Shown: positions 30,373 to 40,440 of the stretch, in pieces | Layout of the letters: every line of letters starts with the position of its first letter | Numbering within the stretch: the stretch's first letter is position 1 | Source: an uncultured Alphaproteobacteria bacterium | Lineage (GTDB): Bacteria > Pseudomonadota > Alphaproteobacteria > Rs-D84 | DNA length: 64,000 bases | Direction of reading: 5' to 3' | NCBI GenBank assembly: GCA_944389135.1 | Contig: CALXLG010000005.1 | Span: 1,532 to 65,531, forward strand | Made by a program: the position numbers and the translations under genes | The notes under the pieces: generated by a model | The model's input: the letters and a program-made list of their open reading frames with translations, nothing else | Database searches by the model: none | Told to the model about the DNA's origin: nothing

Positions 30373-33300
30373 ATGGGAAATAACTTTGTTCATCTTCGTA
30401 CGCATTCTAGGTTTTCTATCGGGGCAAGTACCCTAAAAGTAAAAGATATACCAGATTTATGTAAGGCCTTGAATATGAGTGCGTGCGCACTGACTGACAC
30501 AAACTTGATGTCGGGATGTGCAGAGTTTTCTGATGTTATGCCTAAAAATAAAGTTCAGCCAATAATAGGTATAGAAATTACGTTGAATCAACATAATGTA
30601 GACCCAAAAATACTAAGAATGTCTGCCCTTTCAAAAATTGTTTTGCTGGCGCAAAATCATGAGGGGTATTTAAATCTTTGCGAGTTGAATCGTATAATGT
30701 ATATGCGTGAAGAAAATCATCACTTGGGACCATATATTACATTTGACGAACTAGAATTTCATAACAAAGGTCTGATTTGCTTATCTGGGGCACATACAGG
30801 ACCTGTTGGGGTTGCTATATTAAATGGTCAACAAAATTTGGCGGTTTCTTATGCAAAGCAGTTATTAGAAATCTTTGGTAATCGTTTTTATATTGAAATT
30901 CAGCGCCACGGGTTAGAAGAAGAAATCAAGACAGAACCAGAATTCTTGAAAATTGCCCAAGATTTAAATATACCTATTGTCGCAACAAATGATGTCTCTT
31001 TTGCAGCGGATAGTGATTATGAGGCAGAAGATGCACTTAGCTGTGTTTTAGGTCAAACAAAAGTTATTGACCCAGAAAGACCAAGAAAGTCATCAGAGCA
31101 GTATTTTAAGTCCGCAGAACAAATGACAGAATTATTTTCTGACTTGCCAGAAGCAATAGAAAATACGGGTATAATTGCACAAAGATGTGCGTTTTTTGTA
31201 AACGTTCATGAAAAACCGTTGTTGCCTAGATTTGGTGATGACTTAGAGCAAGAGTGTCAAATGTTGCGCGACCATACAATGACAGGTCTTGCTAAAAACT
31301 TGAAAGAGCACGGCATAACAGATACTGCCCCTTATTATGAACAGGCCGAATTTGAGCTGGGGGTAATTATAAATATGGGCTTTCCAGGGTATTTCCTGAT
31401 TGTTGCGGACTATATAGACTGGTGCAGAAAAAACGATATTTTAACGGGCCCCGGGCGTGGGTCTGGTGCGGGTTCTATCGTTGCATGGGCGTTGGGAATT
31501 ACACACGTAAACCCGTTGCAGTATGGTTTGCTGTTCGAAAGATTTTTGAATCCTGACCGTATATCGATGCCCGATTTTGATGTTGACTTTGAACCAACTG
31601 GTATTGAACGTGTTTTGGCATATATATGCGATAAGTACGGGCATGATTCGGTATGTCGTATTATTACTTTTGGCAGTTTACAGGCGCGTGGTGCAATACG
31701 TGATATTGGGCGTGTTTATGGAATACCTTATTCTAAATCAGATAGGCTTTCTAAATTAATTCCTCAAGATGCAAAAACTCTTAAAATAGCTGTAGATTCT
31801 TCACCAGAAATTCAGACTATTTTGCAAAATGACGAAGATATGAATAAGGTTGTTCATATTGCTGAAGAGCTAGAGGGGTCTTTGCGTAATTTGGGGCAAC
31901 ATGCATGTGGCGTTGTTATCGGTGATCGCCCTACTACAAAAATTGCACCAGTTTATCGTGACCCCGCGAACCAATTGCCGTCGTGTCAGTTTGACGGGCA
32001 TTATCTTGAGTCAGCCGGATTAATCAAATTTGACTTTTTGGGCCTAGAAACATTGGCGGTATTAAAGTACGCGATTAAGCTTATTCAGCAAACACGTGGT
32101 ATTAATATTGATTTAGACCAAATACCAACGGATGATGAAAAAACTATGAAATTGTGGCAAGCTGGGTTAACAGAAGGCATATTCCAGTTTGATGCGCCGT
32201 TTGTTCAACAGACTTTGCGTAAGATGCATCCGACAAGTTTCTTAGAAATTTCAGCTTTGAATGCGTTGAACCGCCCTGGCCCAATTGCTTTTATTCCGCA
32301 GTTTATTGCGCGTATGCATGGTGATGAAAAGGTTGAATATGTTCATCCACGTGCAGAACCAATATTAAAAGAAACATACGGTATTATTGTTTATCAAGAA
32401 CAGGTTATGCAATTAACACGTGTCTTAGCAGGTTTTACGCGTGGGCAGTCTGATAACGTGCGTAAAGCTATGGGTAAGAAAATTATTAAAATGTTGGATG
32501 AGCTAGAAGGTAAGTTCTATGAGGGGTGTGAAAAAGAACAAACCTTAAACCGTGAACAGGCAAAAGAATTATGGGAAAAGTTCAAAGAATTTGCAAAATA
32601 TGCATTTAATAAATCTCACGCAATTGCATATTCTATTGTGGCAAATCAATGTGCTTATCTGAAAGCTAATTATACACCAGAGTTTTTGGCCGCGTCTATG
32701 TCCAGTAATTTAAATGACACTGACCAATTGGCACTGTTTGTTGATGACGCAAAAGCTAATTTTGGTATTCAAATAATTGCCCCAGATATAAATCAAAGCG
32801 AATCTTTGTTTACTGTTCGTAACGGGAAAATAATATATGGATTGGCGGCAATAAAAGGTGTTGGAACTGCGGCTACAGATGCAATTGTCGCAGAACGTAA
32901 TGCAAATGGCAGGTTTAAGAATTTAACTGATTTTGCAAAACGTTGCGCACCAATAATGAATAAACGAATTTTAGAAGCTTTTGCTAAGGTTGGGGTTTTA
33001 GATTCTTTGGAATCAAATCGTGCGGCAATATTTATGAATGCTGATGCTATATTGTCTTATGCGTCTAAATCAAAAGAAGGTGCGAATTCATTATCTTTGT
33101 TTGCTAATACTGTTGAAGATGACGTAGAAGAAGATAGATTGAAGAAAAATTTACCTAATACGACACCATGGACGTTTGGTCAAAGATTAGAAAACGAATT
33201 ATCAGCGCTGGGGTTCTATATATCGGCACATCCACTTGACCAATATAAACATTTAATAGCACGTGCTAAGCTTACAACCAGCGCAACACTAGAAAGCGTT

Positions 33301-33783
33301 GGTGATAGAAAGCCTGTGCATATTGCTGCGAATGTAAATTCTTTCTCAAGACGCAGAACAAAGACCGGTAAGGATATGATTACAATTAGCGCGTCCGATA
33401 GTTTTGGTAATATTGATGCGGTTGCTTTTGGCGATTCTGCGGCTGAGTTTGCGCAAATACTATCAAAAGAAACTGTTGTTTTGATTTCTGGCAAGTCTTC
33501 TAATCGTGATGATCGTGTTTCTGTTTTTGTTGATTCAATAACGCCTTTGACACAATGGGTCGCAAAGATAGCAAATAAAATTATATTGGATATTTATGAC
33601 CAGTCAGTATTACAAAATGTAAAAAAAGCTTTGGTTGCATTAAAACCTGGTATGACAAAAGTGGTTTTGAATTTACATACAGGTGATAAAGTCGCTGCAA
33701 TGGCTTTAAAAGGTGGCGTGGAATTGGGGGCAACAACTGCAAACGATTTTGTTAATTTAGGAATACGTGTTGGAATAGAGTAA
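30373..33783 (+). CDS. dnaE: DNA polymerase III alpha subunit
   Basis: PHP HLRTHS, GPGRGSGAGS, MPDFDVDF, KFDFLGL, FNKSHA, OB fold. Confidence 0.97.
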   Translation: MGNNFVHLRTHSRFSIGASTLKVKDIPDLCKALNMSACALTDTNLMSGCAEFSDVMPKNKVQPIIGIEITLNQHNVDPKILRMSALSKIVLLAQNHEGYLNLCELNRIMYMREENHHLGPYITFDELEFHNKGLICLSGAHTGPVGVAILNGQQNLAVSYAKQLLEIFGNRFYIEIQRHGLEEEIKTEPEFLKIAQDLNIPIVATNDVSFAADSDYEAEDALSCVLGQTKVIDPERPRKSSEQYFKSAEQMTELFSDLPEAIENTGIIAQRCAFFVNVHEKPLLPRFGDDLEQECQMLRDHTMTGLAKNLKEHGITDTAPYYEQAEFELGVIINMGFPGYFLIVADYIDWCRKNDILTGPGRGSGAGSIVAWALGITHVNPLQYGLLFERFLNPDRISMPDFDVDFEPTGIERVLAYICDKYGHDSVCRIITFGSLQARGAIRDIGRVYGIPYSKSDRLSKLIPQDAKTLKIAVDSSPEIQTILQNDEDMNKVVHIAEELEGSLRNLGQHACGVVIGDRPTTKIAPVYRDPANQLPSCQFDGHYLESAGLIKFDFLGLETLAVLKYAIKLIQQTRGINIDLDQIPTDDEKTMKLWQAGLTEGIFQFDAPFVQQTLRKMHPTSFLEISALNALNRPGPIAFIPQFIARMHGDEKVEYVHPRAEPILKETYGIIVYQEQVMQLTRVLAGFTRGQSDNVRKAMGKKIIKMLDELEGKFYEGCEKEQTLNREQAKELWEKFKEFAKYAFNKSHAIAYSIVANQCAYLKANYTPEFLAASMSSNLNDTDQLALFVDDAKANFGIQIIAPDINQSESLFTVRNGKIIYGLAAIKGVGTAATDAIVAERNANGRFKNLTDFAKRCAPIMNKRILEAFAKVGVLDSLESNRAAIFMNADAILSYASKSKEGANSLSLFANTVEDDVEEDRLKKNLPNTTPWTFGQRLENELSALGFYISAHPLDQYKHLIARAKLTTSATLESVGDRKPVHIAANVNSFSRRRTKTGKDMITISASDSFGNIDAVAFGDSAAEFAQILSKETVVLISGKSSNRDDRVSVFVDSITPLTQWVAKIANKIILDIYDQSVLQNVKKALVALKPGMTKVVLNLHTGDKVAAMALKGGVELGATTANDFVNLGIRVGIE

Positions 33784-33784
33784 A

Positions 33785-34630
33785 ATGAAGCATATACCAG
33801 TATTATTAAACGCAGTTATGAAGGCTTTGGGCGATGTTCAAGGCAAAAAAATTATAGATGCAACGTTTGGTGCTGGTGGTTATACAAAGGCTTTCTTGGC
33901 AGCTGGGGCGGAAGTAGTTGCATTTGATAGAGACCCTAATGTTATAGCAGATGCGGAAAAAATAAAAAAAGATTTTGGCGGTCGTTTTTCTTTTGTAGCT
34001 AAACCGTTCTCGGCTATTGCGGAACTGAAAGATAAATATGATGCGATTGTTTTTGATTTAGGAATATCTTCTATGCAAATAGACATACCTAATCGTGGTT
34101 TTTCTTTTCGTGAAGATGGCCCATTAGATATGAGAATGTCCCAAACTGGGAAAACAGCAGCGGAACTAATAGAACAAATTTCTGTTGATGACTTGGCACA
34201 ATTATTAAAAATGTACGGAGATATAAAAAAAGCATCTTTGTTGGCAAAGATAATAAAAAATGCCGCACCCAAAACAACCATGGACTTAAAAGCACTTATA
34301 AAGAACCCAAAAGATGTTGCACCTATATTCCAAGCTTTGCGTATTACTGTTAATGATGAAATGGGGGAATTAACCCGGGCTTTACAAGCTGTACCTGATT
34401 TATTGAACAAAGACGGTAAATGTATATGTGTTACTTTTCACTCGTTAGAAGACAGAATTGTTAAAAATACTTTTCGTGACTGGACTAGCGTTCCAGGTGA
34501 CCCAAGATTGCCGACAATTGAAAGCGCAAAGTTTAAATTGATAAAACCTGCGGTGCCTGATAATGAAGAATTAGACAATAATTCGCGTGCTCGCAGTGCT
34601 CATATGAGGGGTGTGATAAAATCATATTGA
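33785..34630 (+). CDS. rsmH: 16S rRNA m4C1402 methyltransferase
   Basis: HIPVLL, DATFGAGG, DLGISSMQ, TFHSLEDRIVK. Confidence 0.95.
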   Translation: MKHIPVLLNAVMKALGDVQGKKIIDATFGAGGYTKAFLAAGAEVVAFDRDPNVIADAEKIKKDFGGRFSFVAKPFSAIAELKDKYDAIVFDLGISSMQIDIPNRGFSFREDGPLDMRMSQTGKTAAELIEQISVDDLAQLLKMYGDIKKASLLAKIIKNAAPKTTMDLKALIKNPKDVAPIFQALRITVNDEMGELTRALQAVPDLLNKDGKCICVTFHSLEDRIVKNTFRDWTSVPGDPRLPTIESAKFKLIKPAVPDNEELDNNSRARSAHMRGVIKSY

Positions 34631-34687
34631 CCAAAGCGATATGATTTTTGTACGATTATAAAAAATGAAGATAAAGGAAGGACGAAT

Positions 34688-35197
34688 ATGAAAAAAGTTT
34701 TTTCATCGGCTATGTTTGCTTTGTTGTTTGTAATTATTACATTGCCTGTCGCAATGGCGGTTTGCCCTGTTTGTACAGTTGCTGTGGGTGCGGGGTTAGA
34801 AGGCGCAAGATTGCTGGGGGTTGATGATGTAATAACAGGAATTTGGGCAGGTGGTTTGACCTTGTCTTTGTTCTTTTGGACGGCGGGTTGGTTAAAAAAA
34901 CGTGGTGTTAAAAGTGCTTTTTGGCAAATTGTTGTACCGTTCGTCTTTTATTATGGGTTGTTAGGGTTGGTTTATGCCCTGCCCGGTGTTACGTTTGGTG
35001 TTAATACACTGTGGGGAATAGATAAATTCTTGTTGGGTACAATTGTTGGTACTGTTGCCTTTTATTTGGGGGCGCGTTGGTATATTAAAATTAAAAGAAG
35101 CAATGGTGGACATGCAAAGTTCGCTTTTCAAAAAGTTGTTGTTCCATTATTCTTTTTGTTTATTGCTACGGCTATATTCTGGTTAATTACAAAATAA
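34688..35197 (+). CDS. Membrane protein with N-terminal CPVC motif
   Basis: Signal-like segment, then VCPVCTVAVGAG and about four TM helices. Confidence 0.85.
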   Translation: MKKVFSSAMFALLFVIITLPVAMAVCPVCTVAVGAGLEGARLLGVDDVITGIWAGGLTLSLFFWTAGWLKKRGVKSAFWQIVVPFVFYYGLLGLVYALPGVTFGVNTLWGIDKFLLGTIVGTVAFYLGARWYIKIKRSNGGHAKFAFQKVVVPLFFLFIATAIFWLITK

Positions 35198-35210
35198 TTT
35201 ATAAAAAAGG

Positions 35211-35816
35211 ATGTTGGTCATGAAAAATACAAAAAATAAAAAAATGACTATGGAAGAAATGATAGAAAAAGTTGATGCATCTAAAAAAGTAAATCCGTTG
35301 GATTTGTCTTCTGACCAAGATTTGTCTATTGCGTTGATGAACTTAATTTCATTGGAAGAACATTTCTTTTTTAGTGGTGCAAAAACTCAGAAAACAGGTT
35401 TTTATGATTTGATAAACACTGTTCGTGATATGCGTAAAGAATTGATGGCAAGAATAGTAAAAAAATCAACTGCTGAAAATGGCGAAGTATGGTGCATTTC
35501 TAAGCATTTGTTGGCTGCTTCTATGCGTGTTATGGAAGTTGGGACAAAGGCTTTGGGGGCTGGTAATAAAAAAGAAGCGTATGATTTATTTAATAAATCT
35601 TACGAGTTATATTCTTTGTTTTGGGGCATAAATATGGATTTAATTGACCTGACTGGTGTAAAAAAAGTTGCCCCGGATGTTTATGATAAATGTGTAATTG
35701 ATAAAAAGGCGAAAAAATCCGCAAAAACGGATACCGAAGAATTAAGTCAATCAAAGTCTGCGGTTCGTCGTTTGGGTGATTGGGTAAAAAATGCAGTGAA
35801 TTGTTGCATAGAATAA
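35211..35816 (+). CDS. Helical cytoplasmic protein with LEEH and WCISKH motifs and C-terminal CC
   Basis: 201-aa ORF 13 nt after the CPVC gene; start may be 35220 or later. Confidence 0.85.
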   Translation: MLVMKNTKNKKMTMEEMIEKVDASKKVNPLDLSSDQDLSIALMNLISLEEHFFFSGAKTQKTGFYDLINTVRDMRKELMARIVKKSTAENGEVWCISKHLLAASMRVMEVGTKALGAGNKKEAYDLFNKSYELYSLFWGINMDLIDLTGVKKVAPDVYDKCVIDKKAKKSAKTDTEELSQSKSAVRRLGDWVKNAVNCCIE

Positions 35817-35876
35817 ATTTCACTATTGATTAAACATTATAAAAAGTGGTAAAATACGAAACAAGAGAGAAATAAT

Positions 35877-38351
35877 TTGGGCGTATATATTACTAATTTT
35901 TGTAAATTGTCGTTTGTAAGTGCCGCATTATGTCTTGTCGCTGGGCAGGTTTTTGCTGCGCAGGCGCCTAATCCGCGTTCTGGTGTTGTGGTTAATACAG
36001 AAACGGCAGTTAGTAGTGTTTCACCTCAACGTGCATCGGGACGTGATGTTGTTCAAGTAAATAACGTTGCAACAAATGCTACCAGTGCCAGAACAGCCAC
36101 AACAGAACGTTCTAGTGCAACCGTATCTAGAAGTGCGACGTCACGTCCAAGCGTAACTGTTTCTAGAAGTGCTGCGGTTCCAACTTCTCAGAATGTTGTA
36201 AACAGCAGTCGTAGTGCAACAGTTGCACGTCAAGGTGTTGTTACTTCTAATTCTGGTGCTACGGCATCAAGGGCTGCGACATCGCGTGCGGCGTCTTCTA
36301 ATGTTGTGCGTAGTGCGACTTCACATAGTGCGACAAGTACTGCTAGGGCGGCGTCAAATCTTTCTGTTGTTGGCGCGTCTCGTTCTAGTATGGCGCGTGC
36401 AACGGCTGTTTTTGACGATATTTCAAAAATTGGTGGTGGGTATGCAACTTGCCGTGAAGCGTATGCAACATGTATGGATCAATTGTGTGCAAATGCAAAT
36501 GATACATATCGTCGTTGTTTCTGTAGTTCAAAATTTACAGAATTTCGTGATATAGAAGAAGGTTTAGACCAGGCTTTACAATTGTTGGCGCAATTTGAAG
36601 ATAATAATTTGAATGCTGTTGATAAAACTGCAGAAGAAGTCAATGCTATGTACTCTGCAACAGAAGGTGAAATGGCAATTAAAAATGATACCAGTGGTGC
36701 TGCAGCAATGTTGTCTGAAATTGGTGATATATTATCTGGGAAGAAAAAAAATGAAACAACAATTACTGGGTTGATAGACGTTGATTTTACATCTGACTTA
36801 GACGATATTTGGGGGAATTCTGGGTCTTCTATTTTTGGTGGGGGATCTGGTGTTGATTTAGCGTCATTAGAAGGTCAAGAACTTTATACCGAGGCGCAAA
36901 AACAATGCTTACAGTTAATTACAGATTCTTGCGAAAATGATGCAGTGTTAAACATGGCAAAAAGTGCCTATAGCATATTAATTACCCAAGATTGTAATGC
37001 GTATGAAAAAAAGATAAATGCGCAAAAAGAAAGCGTTGAACAAACAGTTCGTACTGCGGAAAAATATTTGCGTGAAGCACGATTGGAAGAATATCGCTCT
37101 CATAATTCTGCGGATGTTAACGAGTGTATAGAAAAAGTAAAAACAGCGATAACAGCTGATGTTGCATGTGGACCAAATTATAATAAGTGTTTGGACTATA
37201 CGGGGGCATATGTAAATCAAAGTACAGGCGAACCTATATATTCCCCAAGGTTGTTTGAATTACAGAATTTAATTACTTTGGATGGCGCTGGTGGAAATGG
37301 TGATGTTCTAGGGCAAAATGCTGATTTTAACTCATTTTTAGATTCCAGACGTATGTTTGCAGAGACTGCATTGGATACATGCCGTGATAATGCAGAAATT
37401 GTTTGGGAAGAATTTAAGCGTCAAGCAATAATAGAAATTTCACAAGCACAAGATGAAAAGATAGAAGAAGTAAAGATGTCTTGTGTAAACACAATGGCAG
37501 AGTGTTATGATACGCAAACAGGGGCACTGCAAAGTTTTGATAATACAACGTCCCAATATTCTGGGGCACTAAGTGCAACGGCTGCCAGAGATATGTGCGC
37601 AGATAAGGTTATTGCGTGTGCTTCTTTATATGGTGATACCCAGAGGTGTGAATTTGATGGAAACGGTAAGTTAATAAGTGGAAATACTACTATTGGTGCA
37701 GGTGATTCTTGTGGTTTGACAGCACTATTAGCGTTTGTTGAAACAGTTGATAATGTCCGTATTGCAGAGGGTTGTTCAACTGCGATTGAAAGCTATGTTA
37801 CAAATTTATGTACGCCTTCAACAGGTGACGAAGATTATCCTTGGTTGTGCAGAACAAAAGATTTGGGAGATAGCGTTGAAGACGCAAATGAAAGTTCGAC
37901 ACTTGAAGCTTCTTTGGCAGCAAATATTAAACAATTTGCTATTAGTAATTGTACAACATCTGATTCTTGGGATGATGTGCCGGAGGAAGCGCAAATCGGT
38001 GCAGAAAGAATATTGCAAAATATCGCGGAAGCTTTAGATGCCGTAATGGGTGAAAAATGTGAAGAATATGAAGGTGTATGGTTAGATGCGGGTACGGTAA
38101 CAGGGGCTTCGCGTGTTAGTGCTTTTTATCAAGATGTTTATGGTGGTGAGACAATAGAAACGTATGGAATTTGTGTTGAAGATTCTGTAAGAATAAGTTG
38201 TGAGAATTATAATTCTTCTGTTGGAGAAGCGGTCGCTACTTATGATATTACAAATGACGAGTGCACGTTTACGGATGATTGGTTTAAAAACAAGTGTGAA
38301 GAAGTATTAGGCGGGTATTATGAAAATTCTGTATGTTATTTTGCAGAATAA
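35877..38351 (+). CDS. Large exported Cys-rich protein with S/T/A/R low-complexity N-terminus
   Basis: 824 aa; signal peptide; CREAYATCMDQLC...RCFCS and many further Cys. Confidence 0.88.
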   Translation: MGVYITNFCKLSFVSAALCLVAGQVFAAQAPNPRSGVVVNTETAVSSVSPQRASGRDVVQVNNVATNATSARTATTERSSATVSRSATSRPSVTVSRSAAVPTSQNVVNSSRSATVARQGVVTSNSGATASRAATSRAASSNVVRSATSHSATSTARAASNLSVVGASRSSMARATAVFDDISKIGGGYATCREAYATCMDQLCANANDTYRRCFCSSKFTEFRDIEEGLDQALQLLAQFEDNNLNAVDKTAEEVNAMYSATEGEMAIKNDTSGAAAMLSEIGDILSGKKKNETTITGLIDVDFTSDLDDIWGNSGSSIFGGGSGVDLASLEGQELYTEAQKQCLQLITDSCENDAVLNMAKSAYSILITQDCNAYEKKINAQKESVEQTVRTAEKYLREARLEEYRSHNSADVNECIEKVKTAITADVACGPNYNKCLDYTGAYVNQSTGEPIYSPRLFELQNLITLDGAGGNGDVLGQNADFNSFLDSRRMFAETALDTCRDNAEIVWEEFKRQAIIEISQAQDEKIEEVKMSCVNTMAECYDTQTGALQSFDNTTSQYSGALSATAARDMCADKVIACASLYGDTQRCEFDGNGKLISGNTTIGAGDSCGLTALLAFVETVDNVRIAEGCSTAIESYVTNLCTPSTGDEDYPWLCRTKDLGDSVEDANESSTLEASLAANIKQFAISNCTTSDSWDDVPEEAQIGAERILQNIAEALDAVMGEKCEEYEGVWLDAGTVTGASRVSAFYQDVYGGETIETYGICVEDSVRISCENYNSSVGEAVATYDITNDECTFTDDWFKNKCEEVLGGYYENSVCYFAE

Positions 38352-38373
38352 AAAATGTTAAATAAGGTAAAAA

Positions 38374-39825
38374 ATGAAAATGTTGTTAATACGAAATATT
38401 TCTTTATTGTTTGTTTTAACAGTATTCACATTTGACGTGTTTGCTGGTGGTATAAATAATAATGATATGAAAAAAAATTGGGGTAATGCCCAAATGTCTT
38501 ATTGTCAAGCATCAAACCCTGGTAATGCCGTAATAGGAAACAAAAAAGATGTTTGCACCGGAAATAATAATTCTGCGTGTTTATTAGGCGATGATTACGG
38601 AATGTTGATGTTAATTGCGCGTGATGTTAACGCAAATGGCGCTAAATTTTGTGTAACAACTGTTTATGGGGACCGCGAAAAAAGGAAAACTGCTTGGACA
38701 ATATATGCAGAACCGGCACAAGGGACAAAATGTTTTTGGTTGTGTAAGTCTGGATATAGTGGTGACGGCTGTAGCAGTACAACGCCCAGTGGTTGTGATA
38801 CAACACCCTTGCAAAGAAGTGATTTTGATAAATATTCTATATCTCGTGATATAGGTGTTGAAGGTGGTATTTATATGTTCCATTGGGACGAAAATGATGA
38901 CTGTGACCTTAATTCAAATCATGAACACGATATGGTTTTAGCTATATCCAATTGGTTGCCCAGTGGTCATGGCGCTAAGGCTCGTTCTTTCGTTATCAGT
39001 AGCAGACGTGGTGAATGGAAAGAGCCAATTGCATGGCCACAAGTTTGGGGCGTAGGAGAAGAAACTTTATTATGTAAGAACGGTTATCGTGCAAACGCGG
39101 CCGGAACAGATTGTGAAGAAATTGATGCAAATGAATGCGCAAGAACGCAAATGTGTTCGGGTTGGTCTGGAAGTGCATTTGATGCTGGAACAATGTTAAT
39201 GGAATATAATAGTAGTTGTACAAACGATGCGGGTACAAAAGGTGGGTATATATATAAATGTAAAGGTGTTGGGCAAGCTTTTGCTTCAGCAACTGACAGA
39301 ACTTGTGTAGCATGTAACGCGAATTTACGTGGTGGCCCTTCGCCTGACGATGGAACTTGTATCAAATGCGATTTAGGTAAGATATATGATGAGAATGCAA
39401 GTTCTTCTGGTTATTGTAAGGCCACAGTAGCGCTGTCAAAAACAGATTTGCAATATGGATTAGGAAAAACAAAAGATTCCGTAAAAGACATAAAAAAGCA
39501 ATGTTGGACAATCATAAATCCAGATGAATATAAAGAGTGCGTTACAGGAAGTAGTTTAGATAGTAATACCAGAAGTATATTGAACTCTATTATGGAAAAA
39601 TCTGGATTTGGTACCCCAAAACAAATTATTACGGATGTACCGCCTGTTTCTGAAATGTTAAAAACAGTTAATAGTTCAGGTGGTGCAGGTCAATTTCAGA
39701 CGGTAAATTTGGGTACAAGTACGACTGGTTCAACACCACAAATTACAACCGGTGCGAATACAGGGAATTTAAATCAAACAACAACTTCTACTTTGATTAC
39801 GGCGCCGCATATGTTCCAAATGTAG
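38374..39825 (+). CDS. Exported Cys-rich protein
   Basis: 483 aa; signal peptide; many Cys; Thr-rich tail. Confidence 0.85.
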   Translation: MKMLLIRNISLLFVLTVFTFDVFAGGINNNDMKKNWGNAQMSYCQASNPGNAVIGNKKDVCTGNNNSACLLGDDYGMLMLIARDVNANGAKFCVTTVYGDREKRKTAWTIYAEPAQGTKCFWLCKSGYSGDGCSSTTPSGCDTTPLQRSDFDKYSISRDIGVEGGIYMFHWDENDDCDLNSNHEHDMVLAISNWLPSGHGAKARSFVISSRRGEWKEPIAWPQVWGVGEETLLCKNGYRANAAGTDCEEIDANECARTQMCSGWSGSAFDAGTMLMEYNSSCTNDAGTKGGYIYKCKGVGQAFASATDRTCVACNANLRGGPSPDDGTCIKCDLGKIYDENASSSGYCKATVALSKTDLQYGLGKTKDSVKDIKKQCWTIINPDEYKECVTGSSLDSNTRSILNSIMEKSGFGTPKQIITDVPPVSEMLKTVNSSGGAGQFQTVNLGTSTTGSTPQITTGANTGNLNQTTTSTLITAPHMFQM

Positions 39826-39843
39826 CCGATTTTATAGTAAACT

Positions 39844-39872
39844 AAACCGCCTTTTTTAGGCGGTTTTTTTTT
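39844..39872. terminator. Intrinsic terminator
   Basis: aaaccgcct-ttttt-aggcggttt plus T tract. Confidence 0.8.
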
Positions 39873-39886
39873 GATTGTTGATATTT

Positions 39887-40297
39887 TTATACACCATTTA
39901 GACTTTTTAACATCTTCATTACCATTTTTCGCTGGTCGTCATTAGGTAAACGCCAATATAAATTTATTAATTGTAATGATTCATTTTTAGCCAAAGGATC
40001 GTCTGATTTCTGTTCTGATGCACGAGTAATCTTACCAGATTTCGTCGGTTCAGGCATATTCCCAGGCAATCCCAAAAAGAAAAATGATACGGGCGTTTCC
40101 AAGGCCGTGCTTAATTCAAATAGACGTGACGCAGAAATGCGGTTCCCTGCACTTTCGTATTTTTGAATTTGCTGAAATGTTACACCGCAAATTTTTGCCA
40201 AATCTTTTTGTGATAACCCCATCATTAAACGACGTAATTGAACACGTTGCCCAATATGTTCGTCTATTGCTGTTGGAGTAAATGATTTTCCTCTCAT
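39887..40297 (-). CDS. XRE-family HTH regulator
   Basis: GVTFQQIQKYESAGNRISASRL. Confidence 0.9.
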   Translation of the reverse strand: MRGKSFTPTAIDEHIGQRVQLRRLMMGLSQKDLAKICGVTFQQIQKYESAGNRISASRLFELSTALETPVSFFFLGLPGNMPEPTKSGKITRASEQKSDDPLAKNESLQLINLYWRLPNDDQRKMVMKMLKSLNGV

Positions 40298-40440
40298 TTT
40301 GTCTTATCTCTCTATTTATGGATATTTTACGAAATACTTCCTATATACATAAATAATTTATACAATTTTTCTTTTTGTTTTGCAATCAAAAAAGCCTTAT
40401 GATAACCTTTTGCTGATTGATAAGATTTTTAGGGGGAAAT

